DNA of 64,000 nt from Candidatus Nomurabacteria bacterium (GCA_020632155.1 JACKGE010000001.1:381302-445301); one strand, 5' to 3'; shown: positions 9,741 through 19,835, counted from the stretch's first letter. Program-made: numbers and translations. Notes: a model not told the origin generated them from the letters alone.

Positions 9741-11189
9741 ATGTCTGACACCAGTGTGGAAAAGAAGATCGTTTTTGAGGACGATCTCACCATGTTTGAT
9801 CCGGCCCGCCGAGCGGGAGCGGTTTTGGACCATGTACTCGATACCCGGCCAAAATCAGTCGAACGGATACATAAACGAGTCAGTATCAAAGAAGCGCGCC
9901 GTGATCGGCCTATCATTGATCGTGATACCGGACGCACGATGTCACGAGTACTTTTTGTAACGAGCGACACCCGCGCTCTGGAGAAAGGCAGTAGTGTGCA
10001 AAACCACTATATGTCACTTTCGAGTGTATTTGATGAAGTTCATGTGTTGGTGCTCGGCGGTAGTACTCACGCCAGACAAGAACACCGTATAAGTCAAGCG
10101 GCTTGGGTCTATTCAGCACCGTCTGCCCAGTGGTGGCTCGCACCATGGCGAGCTCGTCAGGCAGCTCTTGATATGCTGGTCTTTAGCGATACTGTCCGTC
10201 CTGATGTGGTGGTCGGTACCGATCCGTACACTGCCGGCCTGTCCGCATATCTCATTGCCTCGGCATTTTCGCGCCCACTCCAAATACAGGTGCATGAAGA
10301 TTTTTTAGCGCCAACATTCAAACAAGCGGATGCACACTATAAGCGCAAGCAACGATTAGCTCGCTATGTCTTACGTCGAACCAATAGTGTTCGCACTGCA
10401 ACGGAGGTACTGGCTCAGACCATCAACGGCAAGTTTAAGCGTATTGTTGATGTGGCCACTTTGCCACAGTATTTCGACCTACAGGGCCTAAGAGAAGCAG
10501 TGCCAACCTTTGATGTTCATGAACGATACAAAGACTTTAAGTTTGTTATTCTCACCTACGCACCGCTTACGGCAGACAGTCATCTCCATGCGGTCATTAC
10601 CGCCTTACGTGGATTACTCATGAGTCCCCGGATCGGTCTCATTGTGATTGGCACCGGTCCAGCCAAACACTTGTTTCAGGAAAAAGTGAAGCTCATCGGT
10701 ATTGCTAAGAGTGTGGTGTTCTTAGAACGTGTCGAAGATACGGTCTCGCTTCTTAAAACTGCCGACCTGCTCATCGAAGCCGGAGCCACTGAGGAAGCTG
10801 AGGAACACGTACTAAAGGCTGCTGCTGCTGGTCTGCCAATAGTTACTGCAGCCGTTGGACGTGTCGAGACGCTTTTTACCGATGGTAGCAGCGCGTTCAT
10901 TTGTCCAGTAGGAGATATCGATTGTTTAAGCAAAAAAACCAATCAATTTCTAAACCAAAGCAGTTACCGTTCTTTGTTTGCGCACACAGCCTCTGAGATA
11001 GTAGCGGCTCGCATAGATGAGGACCCGGTCAATTACTATCGTTCATATCGAGATACCATTGAAAGCATCATCGTCCCAACAGATCAGGCTGAAACCAGTA
11101 CTTCTCCTCAGGCCGCGTTAGTCAATGATAAGCCACCATCGGCACCAGCTGATGCCCCAATCGCTCCTACCGCTCCACGTGCCGCCTAG
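9741..11189 (+). CDS. GT4-like glycosyltransferase with ~65-aa N-terminal extension and Pro/Ala-rich C-terminal tail
   Basis: C-terminal domain LLIEAGATEEAEEHVLKAAAAGLPIVTAAVGRVETLFTDGSSAFICPVGD (EX7E-like). Tail ...PPSAPADAPIAPTAPRAA. Alternative start at M67 (nt 9939). Confidence 0.7.
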   Translation: MSDTSVEKKIVFEDDLTMFDPARRAGAVLDHVLDTRPKSVERIHKRVSIKEARRDRPIIDRDTGRTMSRVLFVTSDTRALEKGSSVQNHYMSLSSVFDEVHVLVLGGSTHARQEHRISQAAWVYSAPSAQWWLAPWRARQAALDMLVFSDTVRPDVVVGTDPYTAGLSAYLIASAFSRPLQIQVHEDFLAPTFKQADAHYKRKQRLARYVLRRTNSVRTATEVLAQTINGKFKRIVDVATLPQYFDLQGLREAVPTFDVHERYKDFKFVILTYAPLTADSHLHAVITALRGLLMSPRIGLIVIGTGPAKHLFQEKVKLIGIAKSVVFLERVEDTVSLLKTADLLIEAGATEEAEEHVLKAAAAGLPIVTAAVGRVETLFTDGSSAFICPVGDIDCLSKKTNQFLNQSSYRSLFAHTASEIVAARIDEDPVNYYRSYRDTIESIIVPTDQAETSTSPQAALVNDKPPSAPADAPIAPTAPRAA

Positions 11190-11279
11190 GCTCGGGGGAG
11201 CTTTTTGCACAGGGTGGCGAAATAAGATGTCTCTGGTATGCTGTACCCTAATCTTATTGGTAGCAAACATCATTAACGT

Positions 11280-13475
11280 ATGAGAGATTTTTTGCAAGCG
11301 GTGGTCTTTATTGGCGTTTTTCTCACCTTGTTCATCCCCCTTATGGTGAGTGACACCATGTTTTTTCCGTTCATTACAGGAAAAAACTTTGCCTTCCGTA
11401 TCGTTGTTGACATCATTTTTGCTGCTTGGTTCATTCTGGCGCTTCTGGACACCAAGTACCGGCTGCGTTTCTCGTGGCTACTGCCAACCACACTGGGATT
11501 TTTGATCATTATCTTTTTTGCCGATCTCTTTGGTGAATACCCACTAAAGAGCCTGTGGAGTAACTTTGAGCGCATGGATGGGTTTGTGATGCTTGTACAC
11601 TTCTTCTTGTATTTTGTGGTGTTGGCACACACACTTCGCGAAAGCAAATACTGGACCTACTTCTTCAACACCACGCTCGGTGTTGCTACCTACGTTGCCC
11701 TGTACGGACTGGCGCGATCGTCGGGCTTGCTTGAAGGTGGTGGTGGCCGTATTGATAGTACGCTTGGTAACGCTTCGTACATGGCCATCTACATGCTCTT
11801 CCATATCTTTATCTTGGCGTATCTATTTCTCCACACTAAGAATCGTCTGCTGCAAGCGGTCTATGCCATTGGCTCAGTGCTCTTTGTATATATCCTCCTT
11901 GAGACCGGAACGCGCGGCACGTTCATTGGCCTTGCGGTCGGTACCTTTGTAGCGGTCTCTTACATGGCTCTCTTTGGCCGCGGGTATCCGCAGGTGCGTA
12001 AGATAGCTATCGGTAGTGCCATCATCGGTATTGTGGCCGCTGCAGCATTCTTTGTTTTTAGGGATAGCGCAGTGGTACAACAAAATCCAAGTATCGCTCG
12101 TATCGCTAATATCTCTACAGAAGATCTCACTGTGCGCGCCACTATTTGGGGGATGGCTTTTGAAGGCGTCAAAGAACGACCACTTTTGGGCTGGGGGCAA
12201 GGAAATTTCAACTACGTCTTTAACAAGAACTATGACCCGTCACTGTACGACCAAGAGGCATGGTTCGATAGGGTACACAATATTTTCTTCGACTGGCTCA
12301 TTGCCGGTGGTGTGTTGGGCTTCGTAGCGTACTTTAGCATTCTCTTTGCCTGTCTCTACTATCTATTCTGGCGTCCGCTATTTCATCATGATGCCCTCAA
12401 TGACGATGTCTCGTTCTCGGTCATTGAGCGTGCGCTACTGCTTGGCATCTTAGCTGGTTACTTTACGCACAACCTCGTGGTCTTTGATAACCTCGTGAGC
12501 TACATGTTCTACGCTGTTGTACTGGCGTACATCCATTCACGAGTCTCGACCGAGATACCGCGGGTTGCTGCCTACCGACCGGATCCAGTCATAGTGAAGC
12601 ATATTGTGGCACCGACCGTAGTGGTACTGACAGTAATGGTGATCTACCTCGTACACGTTCCGGGGATTTTGGCCGCCAAAGATATCATTGATGCCTTTCA
12701 GTCTGGTGAGCCGGCTGAGCGTTTTGGTGCCTTCGAACGCGCTCTTAGTCGCCACAGCTTTGCAGACCAAGAGATAACTGAGCAAATGGCGCAGCAGGCG
12801 ATGAACCTTGCTGCCTCTCCAGATGTTTCAGCTGAGACCAAGAGTAAGTATCTTGCTCAAGTAGAAGGGCATATTAAGAACTTGATCGAACAAAAACCAA
12901 ACGATGCCCGCCTCCACGTATTTCTAGCTGGTTTTTATCGTAATGCCAATCGTCTTGATGATGCGCAGCAGCAGATCGACCGCGCACATGAACTCTCGCC
13001 ACGCAAGCAAGCTATTATTCTCGAGCAGGGAACTGTTGCTGGTTTGCGAGGGGAGTATGATGAAATGAATTCTCAATATCAAGAGGCTTTTGAACTTGAT
13101 ACTGACAACACGTTAGCTCGATCGCTGTATGCTATTTCTTTCATCCCGCTTGGGGATATTGCTATGGTCCATGAGGTTGCTACTGGAACCTACTTTACTG
13201 ATCTGGCCACCAACAACATGGCGCTGTCTATGGCAGATCGTGAGAATGAAAATGAGTTACTGGCAGAGCTATTGACGGAGCGTATTCGAGTAACTCCTGA
13301 CGATTTGCAGAGTAGAGTTAGTTTGGCGTTTGTGTATTACCGAACCGACAATATTCCGATGGCAATAGAGACCCTAAATGAAGCTCGCCGTGACGTACCG
13401 AGTTTTGAAGCACAAGGAGCTTGTATCGTTTCAAATCTCGAAGCCGGACGACAGCCAGATCTAAACTGTCAATAA
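11280..13475 (+). CDS. O-antigen ligase/polymerase-like (Wzy_C family) polytopic membrane protein with C-terminal TPR-repeat domain
   Basis: N-terminal ~430 aa carry many TM segments with the WGMAFEGVKERPLLGWGQGNF loop typical of the O-antigen ligase family. The C-terminal ~280 aa are helical repeats (…AGFYRNANRLDDAQQQIDRAHELSP…). Confidence 0.7.
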   Translation: MRDFLQAVVFIGVFLTLFIPLMVSDTMFFPFITGKNFAFRIVVDIIFAAWFILALLDTKYRLRFSWLLPTTLGFLIIIFFADLFGEYPLKSLWSNFERMDGFVMLVHFFLYFVVLAHTLRESKYWTYFFNTTLGVATYVALYGLARSSGLLEGGGGRIDSTLGNASYMAIYMLFHIFILAYLFLHTKNRLLQAVYAIGSVLFVYILLETGTRGTFIGLAVGTFVAVSYMALFGRGYPQVRKIAIGSAIIGIVAAAAFFVFRDSAVVQQNPSIARIANISTEDLTVRATIWGMAFEGVKERPLLGWGQGNFNYVFNKNYDPSLYDQEAWFDRVHNIFFDWLIAGGVLGFVAYFSILFACLYYLFWRPLFHHDALNDDVSFSVIERALLLGILAGYFTHNLVVFDNLVSYMFYAVVLAYIHSRVSTEIPRVAAYRPDPVIVKHIVAPTVVVLTVMVIYLVHVPGILAAKDIIDAFQSGEPAERFGAFERALSRHSFADQEITEQMAQQAMNLAASPDVSAETKSKYLAQVEGHIKNLIEQKPNDARLHVFLAGFYRNANRLDDAQQQIDRAHELSPRKQAIILEQGTVAGLRGEYDEMNSQYQEAFELDTDNTLARSLYAISFIPLGDIAMVHEVATGTYFTDLATNNMALSMADRENENELLAELLTERIRVTPDDLQSRVSLAFVYYRTDNIPMAIETLNEARRDVPSFEAQGACIVSNLEAGRQPDLNCQ

Positions 13476-14491
13476 TGATAACCATCTTACCAGCAGAGCC
13501 ACTCCACAGACATACCACTCTTAACGTGGGCGGGGAAGCGGAGTACTTTGTTGCTGTCAAAGACAAAACAGAGGCAGTGAGCGCAGTAACTACTGCACTA
13601 GAGAAGAATTTACCTATTACAATTCTCGGCGGCGGCTCAAATGTATTAGTGTCTGATTCTGGTATCAAGGGCTTGGTCATTAAAAATAAGATAACTGGCA
13701 TCACATCAGAACAGAGTGGCGACAATATACTTGTGACCGCTGGTGCAGGTGAAGTGTTTGACGACCTAATCGCACACACGGTAGCAAAGGGTTGGTGGGG
13801 ACTGGAAAATCTCTCTCATATACCGGGTACGGTTGGCGCCACGCCCGTGCAAAATGTTGGTGCGTACGGGGTCGAGATTGCTGATGTACTTGTCTCTCTT
13901 ACTGCTATTGATACACGAACCGGTGAGGAGCGTGTTTTTAGTGCACCGGAATGTGAGTTTTGGTACCGCCGATCATTTTTTAAATCGGCGTTAGGCCGTC
14001 ACTATTTTATTACGAGTGTGACCTTTAAAGTACAAAGTGAAGCAAATCCACAAATTGCCTACCGTGACCTCGAACGATATTTCAAAGATCAAACCGATTA
14101 CGACCTTGAACACATTCGCGCTGCAGTCATTGATATTCGAAGCACCAAGTTTCCTGATTGGTCTGTGCTTGGCACTGCTGGTTCATTCTTTCAAAACCCA
14201 ATCGTTTCACCAACAGTGTATACAGAGCTAAAGAGTAGGTATCCAGAATTACCAGGTTACGAACAGACGGACGGAGTAGTTAAATTACCGCTGGGATGGA
14301 TACTCGACAAGATCGTAGGACTAAAGGGGCTGCGAGTCGGTAATGTTGGTATGTATGAAAATCAAGCGTTGGTACTGGTTAATTACGGCGGCGCTACCGC
14401 AGCTGAGATAACTGCGTTTGCAGAATCAATACAAGAGAAAGTGGCCGCGGCCACAGGCATCGAAATCGAGTGGGAGGTGACGAAGTTGTAA
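13475..14491 (+). CDS. murB: UDP-N-acetylenolpyruvoylglucosamine reductase (peptidoglycan synthesis)
   Basis: LNVGGEAEYFVAVKDKTEAVSAVTTALEKNLPITILGGGSNVLVSD FAD-binding PCMH domain. ATG overlaps the upstream stop (TAATG at 13473-13477). The ORF-track start at 13421 would overlap the upstream gene. Confidence 0.85.
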   Translation: MITILPAEPLHRHTTLNVGGEAEYFVAVKDKTEAVSAVTTALEKNLPITILGGGSNVLVSDSGIKGLVIKNKITGITSEQSGDNILVTAGAGEVFDDLIAHTVAKGWWGLENLSHIPGTVGATPVQNVGAYGVEIADVLVSLTAIDTRTGEERVFSAPECEFWYRRSFFKSALGRHYFITSVTFKVQSEANPQIAYRDLERYFKDQTDYDLEHIRAAVIDIRSTKFPDWSVLGTAGSFFQNPIVSPTVYTELKSRYPELPGYEQTDGVVKLPLGWILDKIVGLKGLRVGNVGMYENQALVLVNYGGATAAEITAFAESIQEKVAAATGIEIEWEVTKL

Positions 14492-14973
14492 ATCGTCTTG
14501 CACCAGATTAATTTTTTTAACAGTGTTAAGTGGTTGTTCGCTACTTCGTTGCCCACCTGTCACTGATTCGCTGCACTCATATCGCAGTTGCAAACGTGCA
14601 GTTTGCAGCGAATTAACTTTCTGCAGAGGTATATGGTAATTTTGTACTGCGTTGCCCACCTACACACTTGTTGCAAGCAACATCGTGTGTTCATTCACTA
14701 CGTTCATGATTAGATAAAAGAAAAAATTAATTTTCTTGTCCACCTATGAACTATCTCACTTCGTTCGACAAAGTTCATTCATTCGCTCTGCTCATGACCG
14801 GATAAAAAATTACACTAGTAATTTTTTATCCACAAATTTTTTTTACAAAAGACATTGTATAAATTTTTTTCCGCGCGATAATATACATACAAGCTGACAT
14901 TCTCTCAATGGGTTGTTCTTTGACAAGAGAACGTCGCGGTCGATTCTTTATACACTAAACTCACACCACACTT
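14492..14973. promoter_or_regulatory. 480-bp non-coding leader with three degenerate ~90-bp direct repeats (TTGyCCACCT ... TTCATTC ... CTCATGA), a small hairpin (TGCAAACgtgcaGTTTGCA) and an AT-rich promoter-like tract (TGTATAAAT, TTGACA) upstream of the histone-like gene
   Basis: No ORF >60 aa. Repeats seen at about 14555-14600, 14647-14700 and 14733-14800. AT-rich tract 14800-14900. Confidence 0.4.
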
Positions 14974-15186
14974 ATGCCAGCAAAAAAGAAAGCTGCCAAG
15001 AAGACAGCGCGCAAGTCTACTAAGAAGACAGTTCGCAAGGCTGCTAAGAAGACCGCAAAGCGCGCACCTAAGAAGGCTGCGAAGAAGACAACCAAGCGTA
15101 AGGCTGCGAAGAAGACTGCTAAAAAAGCAGCAAAGCGCAAGCCAGCTAAGAAAGCTGCCAAGAAGGCTGTACGTCGCAAGAAGTAA
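14974..15186 (+). CDS. histone H1-like lysine/alanine-rich DNA-binding protein (Hc1/AlgP-repeat-like)
   Basis: 70 aa, MPAKKKAAKKTARKSTKKTVRKAAKK... composed almost entirely of AAKK/TAKK repeats. Followed by a rho-independent terminator. The antisense ORFs are artefacts of the repeat. Confidence 0.75.
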   Translation: MPAKKKAAKKTARKSTKKTVRKAAKKTAKRAPKKAAKKTTKRKAAKKTAKKAAKRKPAKKAAKKAVRRKK

Positions 15187-15208
15187 ATTCCTTACTTCAT
15201 TCGACACA

Positions 15209-15240
15209 CAAAACCCGCTCTCCACAGCGGTGTTTTGTTT
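15209..15240 (+). terminator. rho-independent terminator after histone-like gene
   Basis: AAAACCCGCTCtccacAGCGGTGTTTTGTTT: GC stem plus U-run. Confidence 0.6.
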
Positions 15241-15278
15241 GTCTGAGCAGGCGCTTTAGCTCGGTTTCTTTCTGTGGT

Positions 15279-17804
15279 ATGCTAGCGGCTATGTCATTTC
15301 TGGACCGATTCTTTGGACCGACCTACGAGAAGGAACTCAAAAAGATACAACCCCTAGTAGCTCAAATAAACGACCTCAGTGAACGCTTTAGCGGCTACTC
15401 TGACGACGAGCTCAAGGGACTTTCTGCAGAGTTCAAGGGGCGGGTTAGTGCCGGTGAAACGCTTGATGAACTCCTACCGGAGGTGTTTGCTGCTGTGCGC
15501 GAGGCAGCGGGCCGTACCCTTGGTATTCGCCACTACGACGTGCAGCTTATCGGTGGTCTACTTTTGCATCGCGGACAAATAACCGAGATGCGTACCGGTG
15601 AAGGTAAGACGCTTGTTGGAACCTTGCCAGCATACCTCAACTCTCTTACTGGTAAAGGTGTACACGTAGTGACGGTAAACGATTACCTAGCACGCCGTGA
15701 TGCTGTATGGATGGGGCAGGTATATGCAGCCCTTGGTGCATCAGTTGGTGTTATTAATCACAGCTCCTCATTTCTTTACGATGAACATCATGGTGCAGAA
15801 GATGAAGAGCGCGACGCTGAAGGCTCATTCAAAGTTCATCACGAATTCCTTCGTCCCTGTGAACGTCAAGATTCATATCGAGCTGACATAACCTACGGTA
15901 CTAATAGTGAATTTGGTTTTGATTACTTGCGCGACAATATCGAGTTTGATGCGAAGCGCTTGCGGCAACTACATCATGCGTACGCCATTGTCGATGAGAT
16001 TGACTCTATTTTAATTGACGAAGCACGTACACCGCTTATCATCTCGGCCCCAGCCGCTGATTCAGAAGACCTCTATACGGTCTTTGCACGCGTTGCTATG
16101 CGCCTTAAGCCGGACGAGCACTATACGGTGGATGAAAAACTTAAAAGCATTGCGCTTACTGATGAGGGTATTGAAGCAGCTGAGAAGGCTCTCGGTATTG
16201 ATAATATTTATACTGACAAAGGCATTAAGTATGTACATCACCTAGAGACTGCGATTCGGGCCAAAGCACTCTATACTCGGGACAAGGAGTACGTGGTTCG
16301 TGATAATGAAGTGGTCATTGTTGATGAATTCACTGGTCGTCTGCAACCGGGGCGTCGCTGGTCCGATGGCCTCCATCAAGCGGTTGAGGCAAAAGAGGGT
16401 GTGGAGATACAGCGTGAGAGCAAAACGTACGCGTCGATAACGTATCAGAACTATTTCCGCATGTACGAGAAACTCTCGGGCATGACTGGTACCGCGCTTA
16501 CCTCACAAGAGGAGTTTTATACGGTCTATGGCCTTGAAGTAGTTCCCGTGCCTACCAACCGAGCAGTGCAACGTATTGACCGCAATGACCTGATTTTCCA
16601 GACCGAGAAAGGTAAATTTACCGCCGCTATCGCTAAAATCAAAGAAGTGAATGAGAAAGGACAGCCAATTCTCGTCGGCTCAGCGTCTATCGACAAAAAC
16701 GAACTTCTTTCTGCTGAGCTTACCAAAGCTGGTGTCAAACATGAGATGTTAAACGCCAAGAACCACGAACGAGAAGGAGAGATCATTGCTGAAGCAGGAC
16801 GCAAGGGGGCAGTGACCCTCGCTACCAACATGGCTGGTCGTGGTGTTGACATCAAACTTGGTGGTGCTAACGCCACTGATGCACAAGAGAAAGAGGTTCT
16901 TGAGCTCGGCGGATTATTTGTACTTGGTACCGAGCGACACGAAGCGCGACGTATCGACAATCAATTGCGTGGTCGTTCTGGACGCCAAGGCGACCCCGGA
17001 GAGACACAATTTTATGTTTCCATGGAAGACACGCTTATGCGAGTGTTCGGCGGCGACCGTATTAAAGGCCTTATGGGCACCTTTGGCATTCCTGAGGATC
17101 AACCGATCGAGAATAAGATGATCACGCGGCAGCTTGAATCAGCTCAAACACGTATTGAAGGTTTCCATTTTGATGCTCGTAAACAGGTACTTGCGTACGA
17201 TGACGTACTTAATCGTCAGCGGCAGGTCATCTATGCTCGGCGCCGTAAGCTTTTGACTGGCGCTACAGAAGAAGTTAGTGAGCTACTTGAGGAAGTTAAG
17301 GTAGCAGTGCCCGAGGCAGTACCAGCCATTGAAGCCAAGGCTAAAGAATTTGATGAGACTACGTGGTTTGACCTGTTGCGTCGCCTCATGCTCCAAATGG
17401 TAGATATTATCTGGGTGGAACACCTTGAAGTAATGGGGTACGCACGCAGCAGTGTTAATCTTCGTGCGTACGGGCAACGTGATCCCCTTATTGAATACCG
17501 CAAGGAAGGGAAGCGTTTATTTACTGAAATGCAGGGAAACACTCTCCACCGTATTGCAGAAGTGATACCAAACCTTCAGGTGAAGGCGATTGAAAAAGAG
17601 GAAGCAGAATTACGTAAACAGAAGGAACAAGCTCAACAAGTCGGAGCTGCTGCCAATGGAGGAGATAATAGTCCAGTTATCAAAGCGGCTGGTCATGGCC
17701 GTAATGAAATAGTGACCATCACTAACGGTACTGACACACAGGAACTCAAGTACAAAAGGGCACTGCCGCTTATCGAGTCTGGCGAGTGGAAACTCAAAGC
17801 CTAG
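15279..17804 (+). CDS. secA: preprotein translocase ATPase SecA
   Basis: 841 aa. N-terminal LDRFFG...LIGGLLLHRGQITEMRTGEGKTLVGTLPAYLNSLTGKGVHVVTVNDYLARRD and full-length colinearity with SecA. Confidence 0.95.
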   Translation: MLAAMSFLDRFFGPTYEKELKKIQPLVAQINDLSERFSGYSDDELKGLSAEFKGRVSAGETLDELLPEVFAAVREAAGRTLGIRHYDVQLIGGLLLHRGQITEMRTGEGKTLVGTLPAYLNSLTGKGVHVVTVNDYLARRDAVWMGQVYAALGASVGVINHSSSFLYDEHHGAEDEERDAEGSFKVHHEFLRPCERQDSYRADITYGTNSEFGFDYLRDNIEFDAKRLRQLHHAYAIVDEIDSILIDEARTPLIISAPAADSEDLYTVFARVAMRLKPDEHYTVDEKLKSIALTDEGIEAAEKALGIDNIYTDKGIKYVHHLETAIRAKALYTRDKEYVVRDNEVVIVDEFTGRLQPGRRWSDGLHQAVEAKEGVEIQRESKTYASITYQNYFRMYEKLSGMTGTALTSQEEFYTVYGLEVVPVPTNRAVQRIDRNDLIFQTEKGKFTAAIAKIKEVNEKGQPILVGSASIDKNELLSAELTKAGVKHEMLNAKNHEREGEIIAEAGRKGAVTLATNMAGRGVDIKLGGANATDAQEKEVLELGGLFVLGTERHEARRIDNQLRGRSGRQGDPGETQFYVSMEDTLMRVFGGDRIKGLMGTFGIPEDQPIENKMITRQLESAQTRIEGFHFDARKQVLAYDDVLNRQRQVIYARRRKLLTGATEEVSELLEEVKVAVPEAVPAIEAKAKEFDETTWFDLLRRLMLQMVDIIWVEHLEVMGYARSSVNLRAYGQRDPLIEYRKEGKRLFTEMQGNTLHRIAEVIPNLQVKAIEKEEAELRKQKEQAQQVGAAANGGDNSPVIKAAGHGRNEIVTITNGTDTQELKYKRALPLIESGEWKLKA

Positions 17805-17838
17805 TTACCATTGACGTTTAAATAAAAACGCGTACTCT

Positions 17839-18183
17839 TTGTACATGATAAAAATGATCTCACGAGTTCTCATCGGAGCTCTTGCGCTACTATTGGCAGC
17901 TAATTTTATCCCTGGTATTGAGGTTATGGGCCTCTACACAGCGATCATTGCTGCTCTTATTTTAGGACTCCTCAATATGATTGTGCGTCCCGTACTTATT
18001 GTCCTTACATTGCCAGTGACTATTTTGACGTTGGGTTTGTTTACCTTTGTTATTAATGCAGCCCTCTTTTGGTTCGCAGCTTCGTTCATTGAGGGTTTTG
18101 CTGTAGCGGGATTTGTGCCAGCACTCCTCGGTTCAATTTTTGTATCTATAGTCAGTGCCATTGGTAACGCACTCATATCATGA
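17839..18183 (+). CDS. small 4-TM membrane protein, phage-holin-4_2 / DUF360-like
   Basis: 114 aa and highly hydrophobic. Pattern ...NFIPGIEVMG...IIAALILGLLNMIVRPVLIVLTLPVTILTLGLFTFVINAALFW... resembles the DUF360 family. Confidence 0.5.
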   Translation: MYMIKMISRVLIGALALLLAANFIPGIEVMGLYTAIIAALILGLLNMIVRPVLIVLTLPVTILTLGLFTFVINAALFWFAASFIEGFAVAGFVPALLGSIFVSIVSAIGNALIS

Positions 18184-18815
18184 TGCAGACGATCGCCAAA
18201 CTCCTGCCGGCGATTGGTTTTGTTCTAGTGTGTACGCTACTCTTGCTCTTCACTGAGCCGGTTGCCTATATGAAGACACTTGTCTCAGGTATGAACGCGG
18301 TGAGCTACATTAGCTATGTACTCATGCTCACTTTGGCAATCGTACTCATGCCACTTACGGTAATGCCACTTATACCAGTGGCCTCTGCAGTAATGGGCCC
18401 GTTTGCAACAGCACTCCTTAGTATCGTTGGGTGGACCCTCGGTGGGGTATTGGCGTTTTTGATCGCCCGCTATGTTGGCCGTCCAGCCCTCGAACGTTTT
18501 GTAAACCTAGGTACACTCGACGAGCTCACTGCTCGTATACCACAAAATAGTCGCTTTATGGTTATTGTGTTGCTGCGCCTCACACTGCCAGTCGATATTG
18601 TTAGTTACGCCATTGGATTTACATCAAGCGTCAGTCTACTTGAATACACATTGGCTACGTTAGTCGGAGTCACTTGGTTTTCATTTGCGTTTGCGTACCT
18701 TGGTGACGCCCTTCTTACGGGGAACAAACCACTGCTCATAGAACTAACAGGCGCATCGCTGCTCATCTTTTTTGGTGCGTGGTTGTGGCTTAGGCGTACA
18801 CACCGTCGGAACTAG
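18180..18815 (+). CDS. TVP38/TMEM64 (DedA/SNARE-associated) family membrane protein
   Basis: LIARYVGRPALERFVN...RLTLPVDIVSYAIGFTSSVSLLEYTLATLVG matches the conserved DedA core. Length 211 aa. Confidence 0.6.
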   Translation: MMQTIAKLLPAIGFVLVCTLLLLFTEPVAYMKTLVSGMNAVSYISYVLMLTLAIVLMPLTVMPLIPVASAVMGPFATALLSIVGWTLGGVLAFLIARYVGRPALERFVNLGTLDELTARIPQNSRFMVIVLLRLTLPVDIVSYAIGFTSSVSLLEYTLATLVGVTWFSFAFAYLGDALLTGNKPLLIELTGASLLIFFGAWLWLRRTHRRN

Positions 18816-18856
18816 GTTGCTTAGTTTTATGGCCGTGGTAGGCTAGGAACTCACAT

Positions 18857-19825
18857 ATGTTTGTTGATGAAATACGTATAAAAGCCAAGGCTGGAGACGG
18901 TGGTATTGGCGTTGTTCGCTGGCGACATGAGAAATTTAAGCCTAAAGCCGGCCCTGCTGGTGGCAATGGCGGCAATGGAGGTAGTGTCTATTTGCGGGCT
19001 GTCAAAGACCTTGGGTTGTTGTCAAAGTATACCGGTGCCAAAGAGTTTCGTGCTGAAAGCGGTGAAGCTGGCCGTGCTCTTAGCCAGTACGGAAAAAACG
19101 GTGAAGACCTGTATATTGATATTCCGGTTGGATCAAAAGTGACCGACGAAGAGCGAGGTTTTAGCTATGAGCTGACCACCGAAGGAGAGACTGCACGCAT
19201 CCTTAAAGGTGGTCGCGGCGGACTTGGTAATGAATACTTCAAGTCATCAACCAATCGTTCACCGGAAGAATCCACAGAAGGAACCCTTGGGGAGGAAGGA
19301 AGCTTTTTTATTGAGCTCAGTTTGGTTGTCGATGTTGGACTTGTTGGAAAACCAAACGCTGGTAAATCCACACTCCTTAATACACTTACCAATGCTCGTT
19401 CGACAATTGGTTCGTATCCTTTCACAACGCTTGAGCCCCACCTTGGGGCACTCTACGAGTTTACTATCGCTGACATACCGGGGCTTATTGAAGGGGCTGC
19501 AGAAGGGAAGGGGCTTGGCCATAAGTTTTTGCGACATATATCACGCACCAAAATGCTCCTCCACCTCGTTTCACTTGAAGAAGATGATCCAAAAAATGTG
19601 TATTATACAATTTCTAAAGAGCTATCTAACTACTCAAAAAGTATATCTGATAAAGAAGAGTGGATTATTTTAACTAAAAAAGACCTTGTTTCAAAAGACA
19701 TTATAGAGGCAACTTGCAAATCTATTGACAAAATTAACAAACGTGTGTTTGTAGTGTCTGCAGAAAGCGGGGAAGGGATAAAAGAACTGCAAGATTCTCT
19801 TGTTTTGCACTTACGGGAAGGGTAG
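18857..19825 (+). CDS. obg: GTPase Obg/CgtA
   Basis: MFVDEIRIKAKAGDGGIGVVRWRHEKFKPKAGPAGGNGGNGGSVYL (Obg fold glycine-rich N-domain). G-domain motifs GKPNAGKST and DIPGLIEGA. Confidence 0.9.
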   Translation: MFVDEIRIKAKAGDGGIGVVRWRHEKFKPKAGPAGGNGGNGGSVYLRAVKDLGLLSKYTGAKEFRAESGEAGRALSQYGKNGEDLYIDIPVGSKVTDEERGFSYELTTEGETARILKGGRGGLGNEYFKSSTNRSPEESTEGTLGEEGSFFIELSLVVDVGLVGKPNAGKSTLLNTLTNARSTIGSYPFTTLEPHLGALYEFTIADIPGLIEGAAEGKGLGHKFLRHISRTKMLLHLVSLEEDDPKNVYYTISKELSNYSKSISDKEEWIILTKKDLVSKDIIEATCKSIDKINKRVFVVSAESGEGIKELQDSLVLHLREG

Positions 19826-19835
19826 TATAGGGGCC

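Noticed and set aside
14905-15225. Minus-strand ORFs (106 aa and 72 aa) antisense to the histone-like gene
   Set aside because: These are artefacts of the AAGAAG/GCTGCC repeat. The sense ORF has a promoter-like leader and a terminator. The antisense products are low-complexity A/F/L strings.
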